A stretch of 29,600 nucleotides of DNA, taken from positions 1-29,600 of IMG/VR virus record IMGVR_UViG_3300017913_000395. One strand, written 5' to 3'. The first letter of the stretch is position 1; every line of letters starts with the position of its first letter. Of this stretch, positions 17,718-25,466 are shown in pieces. A program made the translations under genes and the position numbers. The notes under the pieces were generated by a model. It saw nothing but the letters and a program-made list of their open reading frames with translations. It ran no database searches and was not told the origin of the DNA. This DNA comes from a virus (taxonomy: Duplodnaviria; Caudoviricetes).

Positions 17718-19346
17718 TTAATAGCCGAATACTGAATCTACAGGTGTAAATCGCTGGGGTACGCTGTAGCTGTCGAAAGCGGTAAATCTAGGTCTGCTCA
17801 TAATGCCGTAACGCAAAGCATCGTAGATGTGGTCTTCTGCCTTAGTGTCTATATCTTCGGGGTTTTTCTTATCCAAAGGTATGATGGGTAACTGTGCTAT
17901 TGCATTTGTGCAGGTGTTAAAGAAAACAAGTCCAGGCTCGAATGTGTCTTCATCTACTTGTAACCTGCGGTGTAGTTCGTTCTTACCTGCAACACGACTA
18001 CCCGCACTTCTGTCAGAGGGTCGCCAACGGCAACCTCTACTGATCATCTGCTCTGCCAGACTAGGACCAATATCGCCACGCCTATGCCAACAACTGCTGT
18101 CCAATACACCATAGCGCAGATTGCCATCCTCTTCTTCGAGTTCAAGCACCATGTCTGCAAGGTCTTTAGCAAGGACTTTAGAAACGTATAGCTCACGGTA
18201 AACGATGAGCTGATTTTCTGGGCTAACGGCAAACCACAGTACGGCAGAATAACTTCCATAGCCGTAGTCACACGCTCTAAACTTAGTCCACGTCTTAGGT
18301 ATTTCATAAGGTTCAGTAACATGGATATTCCTATCCCATTCAGTAAATGCTGCGCCTTCTGATATATCCCAGCTACCCTCTAAGAGCTGTTTACGCTGGT
18401 GTTCTGGCAGTGATAGCAGGTTAGCTTCGTAGTCACCTGCATCTGAGAGGTATGGATTATCCGCTAGTCTAGCTGGTATAAACCGCCTCTTGAAAAGAGC
18501 CTGACCTGCTTTGCTGTGTCCATCGGGATAACGAAGTGTTTCACCAGTTTCGATGTCTGTAGCATCGAATGGTGTGCCGAAGTTAGCAGGGTCAATAAAC
18601 ATCTTTTTGACCCAACCATGACCAGCACCACCTGGGTTAGTCGTTGCCCTCATATAGACCGGCAGGTCAGGTGCAGTAGAACGTAGACGGCTTCGCAAGT
18701 AATTCCATGCAAATGGCGTATGCCATTGTGTCAGCTCGTCCATGCCTATCCAGCTAAAGCTAAGACCCTGGTAGCGAAGTACGTCCTCATCCCTGTCTAG
18801 GTAGGACAGCCATAATCTCGCCCCAGAAGGCGCGGTCCACTGCATTTTCCGTTCGGACCATTTAATACCTGGATATACCTTTGGATACAGTTCCTGGCTT
18901 TTCCAGATAAGTTCTCTCAGTTCTTCTGTGGTCTTACGCAGTAGCAGCCCACTGAACTGTGAATGTGTCATATAACGCAGTGGGTCTACCAACATGGCGT
19001 ATGATTTGCCACCACCCGCTGCGCCGCCGTACAAGACTTCTCTCTCCCCCGCTGCAAGGAACTCAGTCTGTGGTCCTTCGTTCGGGGCAAAGATGACGTT
19101 CTGCTCTACTTGAGGTACAGATACATCTTCTTCAGTTGCCTTCGGTGGCTGCACTATCTCCGGCTGCTTTTGAGCCGGTTCGTTTTTCTTCGAGGGCTTC
19201 CGCCTTCTCGATTGCCGTCTGGGCATATTCGGCCCACTTGCGGAGAGTTGCCGCTTTGTTTTTTCTAGCTCGTTCATGCAACAGTCTTTTACGAAGTCCT
19301 GTGTGTGATATTGACCTGCCTGTCTTTGTTGTAAGCCATTCAGCAA
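17718..19346 (-). CDS. terL: Terminase large subunit (true start probably downstream, around 19160-19230)
   Basis: Walker A YGGAAGGGKS, Walker B WIGMDE, ATTNPGG motif, nuclease DYG and EDH.YDALRY. Confidence 0.93.
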   Translation of the reverse strand: MLNGLQQRQAGQYHTQDFVKDCCMNELEKTKRQLSASGPNMPRRQSRRRKPSKKNEPAQKQPEIVQPPKATEEDVSVPQVEQNVIFAPNEGPQTEFLAAGEREVLYGGAAGGGKSYAMLVDPLRYMTHSQFSGLLLRKTTEELRELIWKSQELYPKVYPGIKWSERKMQWTAPSGARLWLSYLDRDEDVLRYQGLSFSWIGMDELTQWHTPFAWNYLRSRLRSTAPDLPVYMRATTNPGGAGHGWVKKMFIDPANFGTPFDATDIETGETLRYPDGHSKAGQALFKRRFIPARLADNPYLSDAGDYEANLLSLPEHQRKQLLEGSWDISEGAAFTEWDRNIHVTEPYEIPKTWTKFRACDYGYGSYSAVLWFAVSPENQLIVYRELYVSKVLAKDLADMVLELEEEDGNLRYGVLDSSCWHRRGDIGPSLAEQMISRGCRWRPSDRSAGSRVAGKNELHRRLQVDEDTFEPGLVFFNTCTNAIAQLPIIPLDKKNPEDIDTKAEDHIYDALRYGIMSRPRFTAFDSYSVPQRFTPVDSVFGY

Positions 19347-19566
19347 CTTGCCTGTACGAGTACTGCTTTACATATTCCCTAGCCAATTCAAGAGCTGCTA
19401 GCTCTAGTATGACTGGTTCAAGCACCCCATCATCTTCAGGGTTTACCTCGTAACCAAATGGTATGGTTCTGGCGATACGTGGTATTGCTACATATTCGCC
19501 GTCATCGTCCTTAATGTCCGTTGGCTGCGGTAGCTTGAATGTGCCTAGCTTATTCGTCCGTGCCAT
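19132..19566 (-). CDS. Putative DNA-binding protein with solo recombinase-like domain
   Basis: IPFGY...L.P...E...L......YSYR.VA.WL...G..IS..GL.K.L resembles the DNA-binding domain of large serine recombinases; no catalytic domain. Confidence 0.55.
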   Translation of the reverse strand: MARTNKLGTFKLPQPTDIKDDDGEYVAIPRIARTIPFGYEVNPEDDGVLEPVILELAALELAREYVKQYSYRQVAEWLTTKTGRSISHTGLRKRLLHERARKNKAATLRKWAEYAQTAIEKAEALEEKRTGSKAAGDSAATEGN

Positions 19567-19921
19567 GCTGTTTCGGAGGCAGGAGTATAACCCCGCCAGA
19601 CGCTTCCACTGCGACCTTCTCCGTTTTCACCAGACCCGTGCGATCTAGGATTTGATTGGCTGCTGCCAGTCTATCCCGATTGCCTAGTGCAGTAGGGTCA
19701 TCCACAACGCCCACCATTGCCATTGCAGCACGGGGTGCGTTACGAGCCAGGAACGACTGTGTGCGTTCCAGAATCTCTTCTTTCAGTGAGGCTGTAATCT
19801 CACTTGTCTTTGTACCTTGAGCATAACCAGCCAGACGCATAGCGGCACGAATGTCGCCACCTGCTTCCTCAAACAACACATCAAGGAACGTCTGCTGCCT
19901 CTCTGTTAATTGCCTAGCCAT
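19550..19921 (-). CDS. terS: Terminase small subunit
   Basis: LTERQQ.FL...A.RLAGY HTH-like start; AA..ILDR.G..K.EK; located upstream of terL. Confidence 0.7.
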   Translation of the reverse strand: MARQLTERQQTFLDVLFEEAGGDIRAAMRLAGYAQGTKTSEITASLKEEILERTQSFLARNAPRAAMAMVGVVDDPTALGNRDRLAAANQILDRTGLVKTEKVAVEASGGVILLPPKQHGTDE

Positions 19922-19949
19922 TCTGCTTCTTCCTTATTATAGGGCCACA

Positions 19950-20033
19950 TTACTTCTTGCTGCGCTTTGCACACTTCTTCATAGCGCGGCATTTAGTTTT
20001 GCTTCTGCATGATTTGCACGGTTCAAAAGCCAT
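19950..20033 (-). CDS. 27-aa basic four-Cys microprotein
   Basis: Not in ORF track. MAFEPCKSCRSKTKCRAMKKCAKRSKK with AAGGAAG RBS; fills the gap between genes. Confidence 0.6.
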   Translation of the reverse strand: MAFEPCKSCRSKTKCRAMKKCAKRSKK

Positions 20034-20034
20034 A

Positions 20035-20310
20035 TCACTTCTTCCTTTTCTTTAGGTTATCAACAGTAGACTTTGTCATACCTGTCTTGCGATAGTCTGT
20101 GACTAAACCGCCTTTGTTGTAATCCTTACCGGCATACAAATCTGCTCGTTTGGTAAACTGATCTACAACAGTTTCTAAAAACCCAGGCTCTTCCTTTTTA
20201 CCTGTATAGCGTCTACCCATGCCACGATGTGTGCCTGGTGGTAGCTGCTTATACTTACCTTTTTTCTTAGAAGAGCCTTCTTTCAATCCTAAAGATTCTA
20301 GTAAACCCAT
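20035..20310 (-). CDS. Basic hypothetical protein with YNKGGLV motif
   Basis: TAATG coupling to the endolysin stop; Lys-rich. Confidence 0.7.
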   Translation of the reverse strand: MGLLESLGLKEGSSKKKGKYKQLPPGTHRGMGRRYTGKKEEPGFLETVVDQFTKRADLYAGKDYNKGGLVTDYRKTGMTKSTVDNLKKRKK

Positions 20311-20792
20311 TATTCGCCTTCCCTCATTAACAGTGCTAATTTCATGCTGCGCTTGCCAACCTGCGTACTCCAGCGGCTGTCCAACATCTCCTTTGATGCG
20401 GTAGCAAAATCGCCTTCATGAATAGCGGCCCACATTTTCTTGAACTTCAGAAGGCGAGGCACACCCATATTAAAAGCCATATCGATAAGGCACATTTGTC
20501 GCTGAGCCGATAGCTCGTCCACACAGGGGTGGTGTGAGAGCAGTTCGTCTTCCACGATTGAAATGTCATTACAGGCCAGATAGACAGCATCAGCATAGGT
20601 AATACCGTGTTCATACACAGCTCGTATGTTTGGTAGGTCCAGGTAGTCCAGCTCATCCTTAGTAAGACCACGGTCCTCTAAATTTCTACCAATGCCCACT
20701 GTGTCTATGCCCAGCGAATCTTGGTAAACCTGGCTGCGAAAACCTTCGTGTTCTACAAGGGTTTCTACTAACTGTTCTCTGTCGTACTTCAT
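20310..20792 (-). CDS. Endolysin, GH24 (T4-type) lysozyme
   Basis: E16-x8-D25-x5-T31 triad (HEGFRSQVYQDSLGIDTVGIG); M.FNMG...F.KM; DSRW..QV..R. Confidence 0.92.
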   Translation of the reverse strand: MKYDREQLVETLVEHEGFRSQVYQDSLGIDTVGIGRNLEDRGLTKDELDYLDLPNIRAVYEHGITYADAVYLACNDISIVEDELLSHHPCVDELSAQRQMCLIDMAFNMGVPRLLKFKKMWAAIHEGDFATASKEMLDSRWSTQVGKRSMKLALLMREGE

Positions 20793-21175
20793 TTCTTACC
20801 TAGCATCTTGCTTGCTTGGCTCACGCCCTTAATCCCAAAAGAAGCTGAGATGGCAATGAACAACAGATATTGATAAAATTCTGGTAGGGTCTGCAGCACG
20901 TCAAATCCGGCCTGTACTTCTTCAGGCCAGATAAAAGCTCCCATTGCTGGCAACATCAGGGCTACTAAGGCAAACTCGTCTTTCCACGAATTGTCCGTAG
21001 CGTCTGCCATAGACTTTTCCCATTCAATCTCTCCTGCAGCCACACGTTCAGCTAGAGCTGCTTTGGCCTTTACAGTAGAGACTTTCAGTTCGCCTTCAGC
21101 TTTCTTCTGCTCAACGCGACCCTTTACCCAGGTGCTTGCCAATTCAATGGCTGGTCCAATAAGTAAGTTCAGCAT
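20789..21175 (-). CDS. Holin (GTA-type 3TM holin-like)
   Basis: Adjacent to the endolysin; SWKDE followed by hydrophobic helices, LP..YQ and ASFG.K motifs. Confidence 0.75.
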   Translation of the reverse strand: MLNLLIGPAIELASTWVKGRVEQKKAEGELKVSTVKAKAALAERVAAGEIEWEKSMADATDNSWKDEFALVALMLPAMGAFIWPEEVQAGFDVLQTLPEFYQYLLFIAISASFGIKGVSQASKMLGKK

Positions 21176-21203
21176 ATGTTAAGATTATCCAATTTTTTTA
21201 ACA

Positions 21204-21461
21204 TTACTTCTTGCGGTACTTTCTGACCTTCTTAGCTATTTTCTTAGGCTGCTTAGCGTGTTGCTTTCCTGCTTTAGTAGCTTTTCGCTTTGCCTTTGTT
21301 GTGGCTGCGTATTCTTTGGCGGACAGAGATTTGATCGCCTTCTCTGGCAGATAGCGTTCGGCTGTTGCCTTTGGACCTTGCGTTGAGGGCGTACCACTTT
21401 TGGTTCTCCACTTCTGCTTCGTCCATGCCTTGAGGCTTTTCTGTGATTTCTTTAGAGCCAT
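21204..21461 (-). CDS. Highly basic small protein
   Basis: About one third Lys/Arg; SQKSL..WT.Q.W.TK and ERYLP..A motifs. Confidence 0.75.
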   Translation of the reverse strand: MALKKSQKSLKAWTKQKWRTKSGTPSTQGPKATAERYLPEKAIKSLSAKEYAATTKAKRKATKAGKQHAKQPKKIAKKVRKYRKK

Positions 21462-21910
21462 TTAAGCCACAACACCCAATAAACTAAAGCGCACAAGCCA
21501 CCGATAAGGCTGATAATCATCAAAGCTAGAGAGGCATTCTCTATGAATTCTTTCCGTGCTTTGATCTGTTGCTCTATCGCTTGCTGTCTTTTGACACGTG
21601 CTTGTGCCTGGAACTTTACCCAGTCCTGCCACAATCCAGGTCTGCCATAGAGCTGCATTGTTTCTCGTAACTGGTCTTCTTTCTTTTTTAGCTCTTCAAG
21701 AGCCATAAACTCTTCAAAGTCTGATGAGGGTCTGCCTGTAGCCCTACTAAGTAGTGAGCCTTTACGCTTGGCTGCTTTCTTCTGCAGTAAGTCTTTTGCC
21801 GTTACATAGTCATGGAAAGCAGTACCTGCCTGAGACAGTTCTTTGCCGTTCATGACAAAGTTCTTCAAAATGGCAAAAGCTGCATTCGCTGCTGCCAGCT
21901 CTGCAAGCAT
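21452..21910 (-). CDS. Coiled-coil protein with C-terminal membrane anchor
   Basis: GGGGGAG RBS; hydrophobic C-terminal helix. Confidence 0.7.
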   Translation of the reverse strand: MLAELAAANAAFAILKNFVMNGKELSQAGTAFHDYVTAKDLLQKKAAKRKGSLLSRATGRPSSDFEEFMALEELKKKEDQLRETMQLYGRPGLWQDWVKFQAQARVKRQQAIEQQIKARKEFIENASLALMIISLIGGLCALVYWVLWLKWL

Positions 21911-21935
21911 TTTCTCTCCCCCTCAATGTGTAGAC

Positions 21936-22145
21936 TTAGGACTTGTAGCCGCCCCCAGCTTTCTTATATTCAGACGCTAGTAGCTGGGCTTTCCGCGCCG
22001 ACCACTGTCCAGGCTTTCCGCCCTTTGAACCTGCCTTAATCTTCTCAAACAGGCGTTTACGCATTGTAGGCTTTGTATAGTTGCCAGCCTCGTTGACACG
22101 AGACTTGGTCTTCTTTGGCTTTGATGGAGCTTTACGTGCAGCCAT
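21936..22145 (-). CDS. Highly basic small protein (GQWSARKAQ motif)
   Basis: YTKP..R..L...IKAG.KGGKPGQWSARKAQLLA.EYKK.GGGY; TAATG coupling. Confidence 0.8.
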   Translation of the reverse strand: MAARKAPSKPKKTKSRVNEAGNYTKPTMRKRLFEKIKAGSKGGKPGQWSARKAQLLASEYKKAGGGYKS

Positions 22146-22510
22146 TACTTTTTGTTTGCCGCTGCCATCTTATTCACCATGTTCTTTTGAGCTGGTGTAA
22201 GATTGTCGATTACGCTGCCGCCAATAGCATAGTTATGCTTCTTCTTATTAGCCATGCCGCCATACATCATCTGTGGACGGGAAGGGGGTGCTTTAGGCAT
22301 ACGCTTAGGCTTCTTCTCTTTCTGAGAAGGGTGATTGCCGTCACGCTTCATGTCCTGCTCTTTTGCATACTTAGCAATTACAGACTTAGCTTCCGCCACT
22401 TCTTTCTTGCTGTGCTTCTCAGGATTCTGAACAATCTGAATTGCAGCGGCACGTGCCTTTACAATACCATCTGAATCATAGTCGTATTTCTTACCACCAA
22501 CATTAGGCAT
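22145..22510 (-). CDS. Basic hypothetical protein with two xGG motifs
   Basis: Start moved to ATG 22510 (GAGG RBS, avoids overlap with upstream gene): MPNVGGKKYDY...MMYGGMA...YAIGGSV. Confidence 0.7.
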   Translation of the reverse strand: MPNVGGKKYDYDSDGIVKARAAAIQIVQNPEKHSKKEVAEAKSVIAKYAKEQDMKRDGNHPSQKEKKPKRMPKAPPSRPQMMYGGMANKKKHNYAIGGSVIDNLTPAQKNMVNKMAAANKK

Positions 22511-22520
22511 AGTTACTTCC

Positions 22521-22796
22521 TCACCATTTAACCTTGTGTGACCAATATTTTGCGCTGAGCTTTGAAGTAGGCTTACCCTGAGCATTGTGCCGTGCGTAGT
22601 AAGACTTCTTCCTAGCTTTATCTTTTGCTGACTTAGGGTTTTTGCCAGCACCCTTTACGCCCTGTTGACCAAAGCGAATAAGCCGTACTTTATCGCCTTC
22701 TTTGGCAAGCACGGCATGAGACTTTGTTTTATGATTAGGTGTACGCTTAGGCTTGTTGTAACCAGCAAACCTTTCGCCTCTATATTCAATAGACAT
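22521..22796 (-). CDS. Highly basic small protein
   Basis: LIRFGQQG...ARKKSYYARH...SA.YWS...W pattern. Confidence 0.8.
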   Translation of the reverse strand: MSIEYRGERFAGYNKPKRTPNHKTKSHAVLAKEGDKVRLIRFGQQGVKGAGKNPKSAKDKARKKSYYARHNAQGKPTSKLSAKYWSHKVKW

Positions 22797-22798
22797 AC

Positions 22799-23014
22799 TT
22801 ATACACTCATGTCGTTACGTACGCACTTGTATGAAAACTGAAGAGGTACGTCTGGTGTGTTCTTTAGATGAAAGTTGCCTAGTGCGGCTGCAGCTTCGAC
22901 AGCTCTGTCGTAGCATTGTTCTTCTGTACGATATGGACCGTACTGATCTTCAAACTCTAAGCACGTATCGGGTGGTGCACCTAGTACGCACATCATTACC
23001 CATGTCGTAAACAT
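22799..23014 (-). CDS. Small four-Cys protein with hydrophobic N-terminus
   Basis: Packs between neighbours; possibly exported and disulfide-bonded. Confidence 0.6.
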   Translation of the reverse strand: MFTTWVMMCVLGAPPDTCLEFEDQYGPYRTEEQCYDRAVEAAAALGNFHLKNTPDVPLQFSYKCVRNDMSV

Positions 23015-23015
23015 A

Positions 23016-23210
23016 TTATGGTTCTTTCCAGCCCTCCGCCTTCATAGCGGCTTCTACGTGTTCCAGGCTGTACTCAACACCAGTGTCGGCTTTTATCTTT
23101 GCTCTTACATAGAATACGTCAGAGTGTGGATAGTTTAGCTTCGTATCACCAAGATGGGCTTTACGGTAGAAGTCTTCTAGTACGGATAGGTATACTCGAT
23201 TGTTAACCAT
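23016..23210 (-). CDS. Hypothetical phage protein
   Basis: PHSDVFYVRA...HVE.AM.AEGW; packs in the operon. Confidence 0.65.
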   Translation of the reverse strand: MVNNRVYLSVLEDFYRKAHLGDTKLNYPHSDVFYVRAKIKADTGVEYSLEHVEAAMKAEGWKEP

Positions 23211-23217
23211 CTGTCAA
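23189..23217 (-). promoter_or_regulatory. Sigma70-type promoter candidate
   Basis: TTGACA-17 nt-TATACC on the minus strand, overlapping the start of 23016-23210. Confidence 0.5.
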
Positions 23218-23224
23218 TAGTTAT

Positions 23225-23479
23225 TTATATAGTAAGGTATTTAAGTATGCCAATAGCAAGGACACTAGAGGCAACAGCATTAAGCAGAATAAGACTACGG
23301 TCATGCCACAAATATCCTACGTATGCCCACAGAGACATACCCACAAACCCTAGACACATATCTAAGAGTACGGATACACCGGCTGCTCTGATTACAATGG
23401 ATACAAGTATAAGAATAGAGGCGGTCCATTTGATGTACCAACTCACATCCTTATACGGAGTGATTTTATTAATAGTCAT
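23225..23479 (-). CDS. Small three-TM membrane protein
   Basis: Three hydrophobic segments; WYIKW.AS...W..VG.LWHDR.LI.LN (recalled as DUF6552-like, unverified). Confidence 0.7.
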   Translation of the reverse strand: MTINKITPYKDVSWYIKWTASILILVSIVIRAAGVSVLLDMCLGFVGMSLWAYVGYLWHDRSLILLNAVASSVLAIGILKYLTI

Positions 23480-23571
23480 TTCAGGAAATACATAATTACT
23501 GTACAGTTATAAATGCTTTAGGCACTAACCTGTTTATTAACATTTGAATAACTGTTTCATTAATTATGTTA

Positions 23572-23600
23572 GTTATACACGTTACAAATACCCGTGTCAA
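23572..23600 (-). promoter_or_regulatory. Sigma70-type promoter heading the late operon
   Basis: TTGACA-17 nt-TATAAC on the minus strand. Confidence 0.8.
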
Positions 23601-24012
23601 TACCCAGTAAACTTTCTTAACGGCCCTAGTATGTAATAACCCCCAATTAGATATACAACACATTTATTCGTGTTACGCAGTCTATATGCATCGCTGGAAC
23701 TGCTAGTGGTTTCCAGTTTAAATCACTGATCTGTGTATTTCTGTGTATATACGTACGGGTACACCCCCACTGTCCCTAGCCCAGCCCCTTCGTGCGCTCG
23801 GATTACCGCGCAAATGCTGCGTGGTGACACACAATTCCTTGCGAACATTCACCATGAGCGGCATAATCCGCAGTAATCAGCCAGTTCTGTCCACATTTTA
23901 ACTGATGAAACATCAGTTGACGAGTCAACACCAAAGCAGAAATGTAAAATTTCTGAAATGAGGATGTGTTGACAGGATGGAGTACAGATTTCAGAACTAA
24001 GTAGTTCTGCCA

Positions 24013-24031
24013 ACTGGGAACTGTTCCTAGT
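24013..24031. repeat. Early-region palindrome, copy 1
   Basis: ACTGGGAAC-T-GTTCCTAGT. Confidence 0.85.
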
Positions 24032-24163
24032 CTCTAATGCCCTGGCTTACTGCTTTAGCAGTACTACCCCCTATTAGTGGGGTGGCTGGTCTGGAACACT
24101 TACCACCTTCTTAAAATTGCCCTGAGTTCTTACGAAGGGCAATTTAATAAGAAGGAGTTAGTT

Positions 24164-24982
24164 ATGCCGAAATCAACCAAAACCAAAATCGCTTTCAACA
24201 TCAACGATGTTCTTGCTAAGCCTTACGGCTTGGTCGGCAACAAGGACCACACCTTCGGTGAGGCACTGGACCATTTCACAGCAAAGCTGAAGTCTTTGCC
24301 GAATGTCAAGATGCATCAGAAGATGCTTCTTGGTTTGGGTCTGTTCCTTGTGGAACTGAAGGCTCAGTTCCCTGACACAAAGCAGTTCAGCGACTTTGTC
24401 GCTAAGACTGAACTTGGTGGCTATGCCAAGAAGAAGTGGGGCAAGAATGCCCCAACTGAAATGTCCAAGTTGCAAATCTTGGCAACTCAAGCCAAGCACG
24501 TTACAGCCTTCATTGAGGCTGGTGTTTCCGACTCTATCGGCGGCACTGGAATGCTGAAAGCATACAATGCTTTTGCCGCCAAGAATGACTTGCCGAAGGC
24601 AGAGGGTCAGCAACGTAAAGCGAAGGCTAATAAGCCTTCTGAACAGCCAAAGGCTGACAAGCAGACAAAGTCTGAGACTGGTAACGCTTCCCAGTCACAG
24701 CCTGTTAAGGCTGAAGCACAGTCTGGTAAGACTGACAAGCCAGCCGTTCAGCAGACTGTAAAGTCTGACAGCAAGCCTTCTCTCTCAGCTATTGCTGAGC
24801 AGTTGGTCAACACAATCAATGACACAGTGATAGGCTATGGCCTATCCGAAGAAGAATCCAGCGAAGTCTTTGAAAAGCTGTTTGCAGCTTTTGACCGTGA
24901 CCTGCCGGTTGCATCCGCTGTGGATATGGGCAACGTCACAGTGATGGCTAAAGCCATGCAGAAAGCCCAAGCAGCTTCGTAA
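24164..24982 (+). CDS. First early protein, hypothetical (Lys/Ala-rich)
   Basis: Start moved to ATG 24164 (AAGGAG RBS); followed by its own terminator. Confidence 0.8.
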   Translation: MPKSTKTKIAFNINDVLAKPYGLVGNKDHTFGEALDHFTAKLKSLPNVKMHQKMLLGLGLFLVELKAQFPDTKQFSDFVAKTELGGYAKKKWGKNAPTEMSKLQILATQAKHVTAFIEAGVSDSIGGTGMLKAYNAFAAKNDLPKAEGQQRKAKANKPSEQPKADKQTKSETGNASQSQPVKAEAQSGKTDKPAVQQTVKSDSKPSLSAIAEQLVNTINDTVIGYGLSEEESSEVFEKLFAAFDRDLPVASAVDMGNVTVMAKAMQKAQAAS

Positions 24983-25011
24983 GAAGCTGTTACATAGTTT
25001 CCTCCCCAACT

Positions 25012-25045
25012 GGGTCAGTAGCGTAAGCTACTGGCCCTTTTTTTT
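25012..25045 (+). terminator. Rho-independent terminator
   Basis: GGGTCAGTAGC-GTAA-GCTACTGGCCC-T8. Confidence 0.9.
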
Positions 25046-25098
25046 GGCCTAAAGGCCAAGAGGGTTGTGAATACAAATGCACTGGAAGGGGATAAGTT

Positions 25099-25290
25099 AT
25101 GAACTTATTACATGATATTTGCTGGATTATTTTATCGATTGTGCTGTTCTGTGCTGGCTTGCTATGCATCGTGGCGGCATTGTGGACTACGCTGATGGGC
25201 GACAAGATGGGCGGTGCTATAGGCATTGTCGTGGGCTTTGGCGCGATGGGATTGGCACTGGCAACATTGGATAGAAGAGGGATGCTGTAA
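25099..25290 (+). CDS. Small two-TM early membrane protein
   Basis: AAGGGG RBS; two hydrophobic helices. Confidence 0.7.
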   Translation: MNLLHDICWIILSIVLFCAGLLCIVAALWTTLMGDKMGGAIGIVVGFGAMGLALATLDRRGML

Positions 25291-25466
25291 TGGATGAATT
25301 TGTGGAAATGTGCCGTCAGCGCACAAACCCTGCGATGGAGCGGGGCAGAGCGAAAATGTTCGCTGCCTATGTAGAGGCACGGGCTACGTATTTCAGGGAT
25401 GCTGAGAACCAAGTCTGGGCTGACCTGTATCAGAATTTCTGTGAGGATGAGGGGATTGAACCATGA
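25290..25466 (+). CDS. Hypothetical early protein (58 aa)
   Basis: Not in ORF track. TAATG coupling; MDEFVEMCRQRTNPAMERG...FCEDEGIEP. Confidence 0.7.
   Translation: MDEFVEMCRQRTNPAMERGRAKMFAAYVEARATYFRDAENQVWADLYQNFCEDEGIEP

Larger units (their letters stand above)
23480..24163. other. Non-coding divergence region, candidate genome-end (terminal repeat) junction
   Basis: About 680 bp without a credible gene; strand switch between late and early arms; promoters and many inverted repeats. Confidence 0.55.

Noticed and set aside
19132-19566. Functional integrase
   Set aside because: Only 144 aa; lacks a catalytic serine-recombinase domain.
1562-23495. Many plus-strand and alternate-frame ORFs over the late operon (e.g. 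7886-8452, 12869-13297, 14847-15500)
   Set aside because: Shadows of well-supported minus-strand genes; no RBS or motifs.
23480-24163. tRNA gene
   Set aside because: No cloverleaf with T-loop consensus or CCA end recognised.
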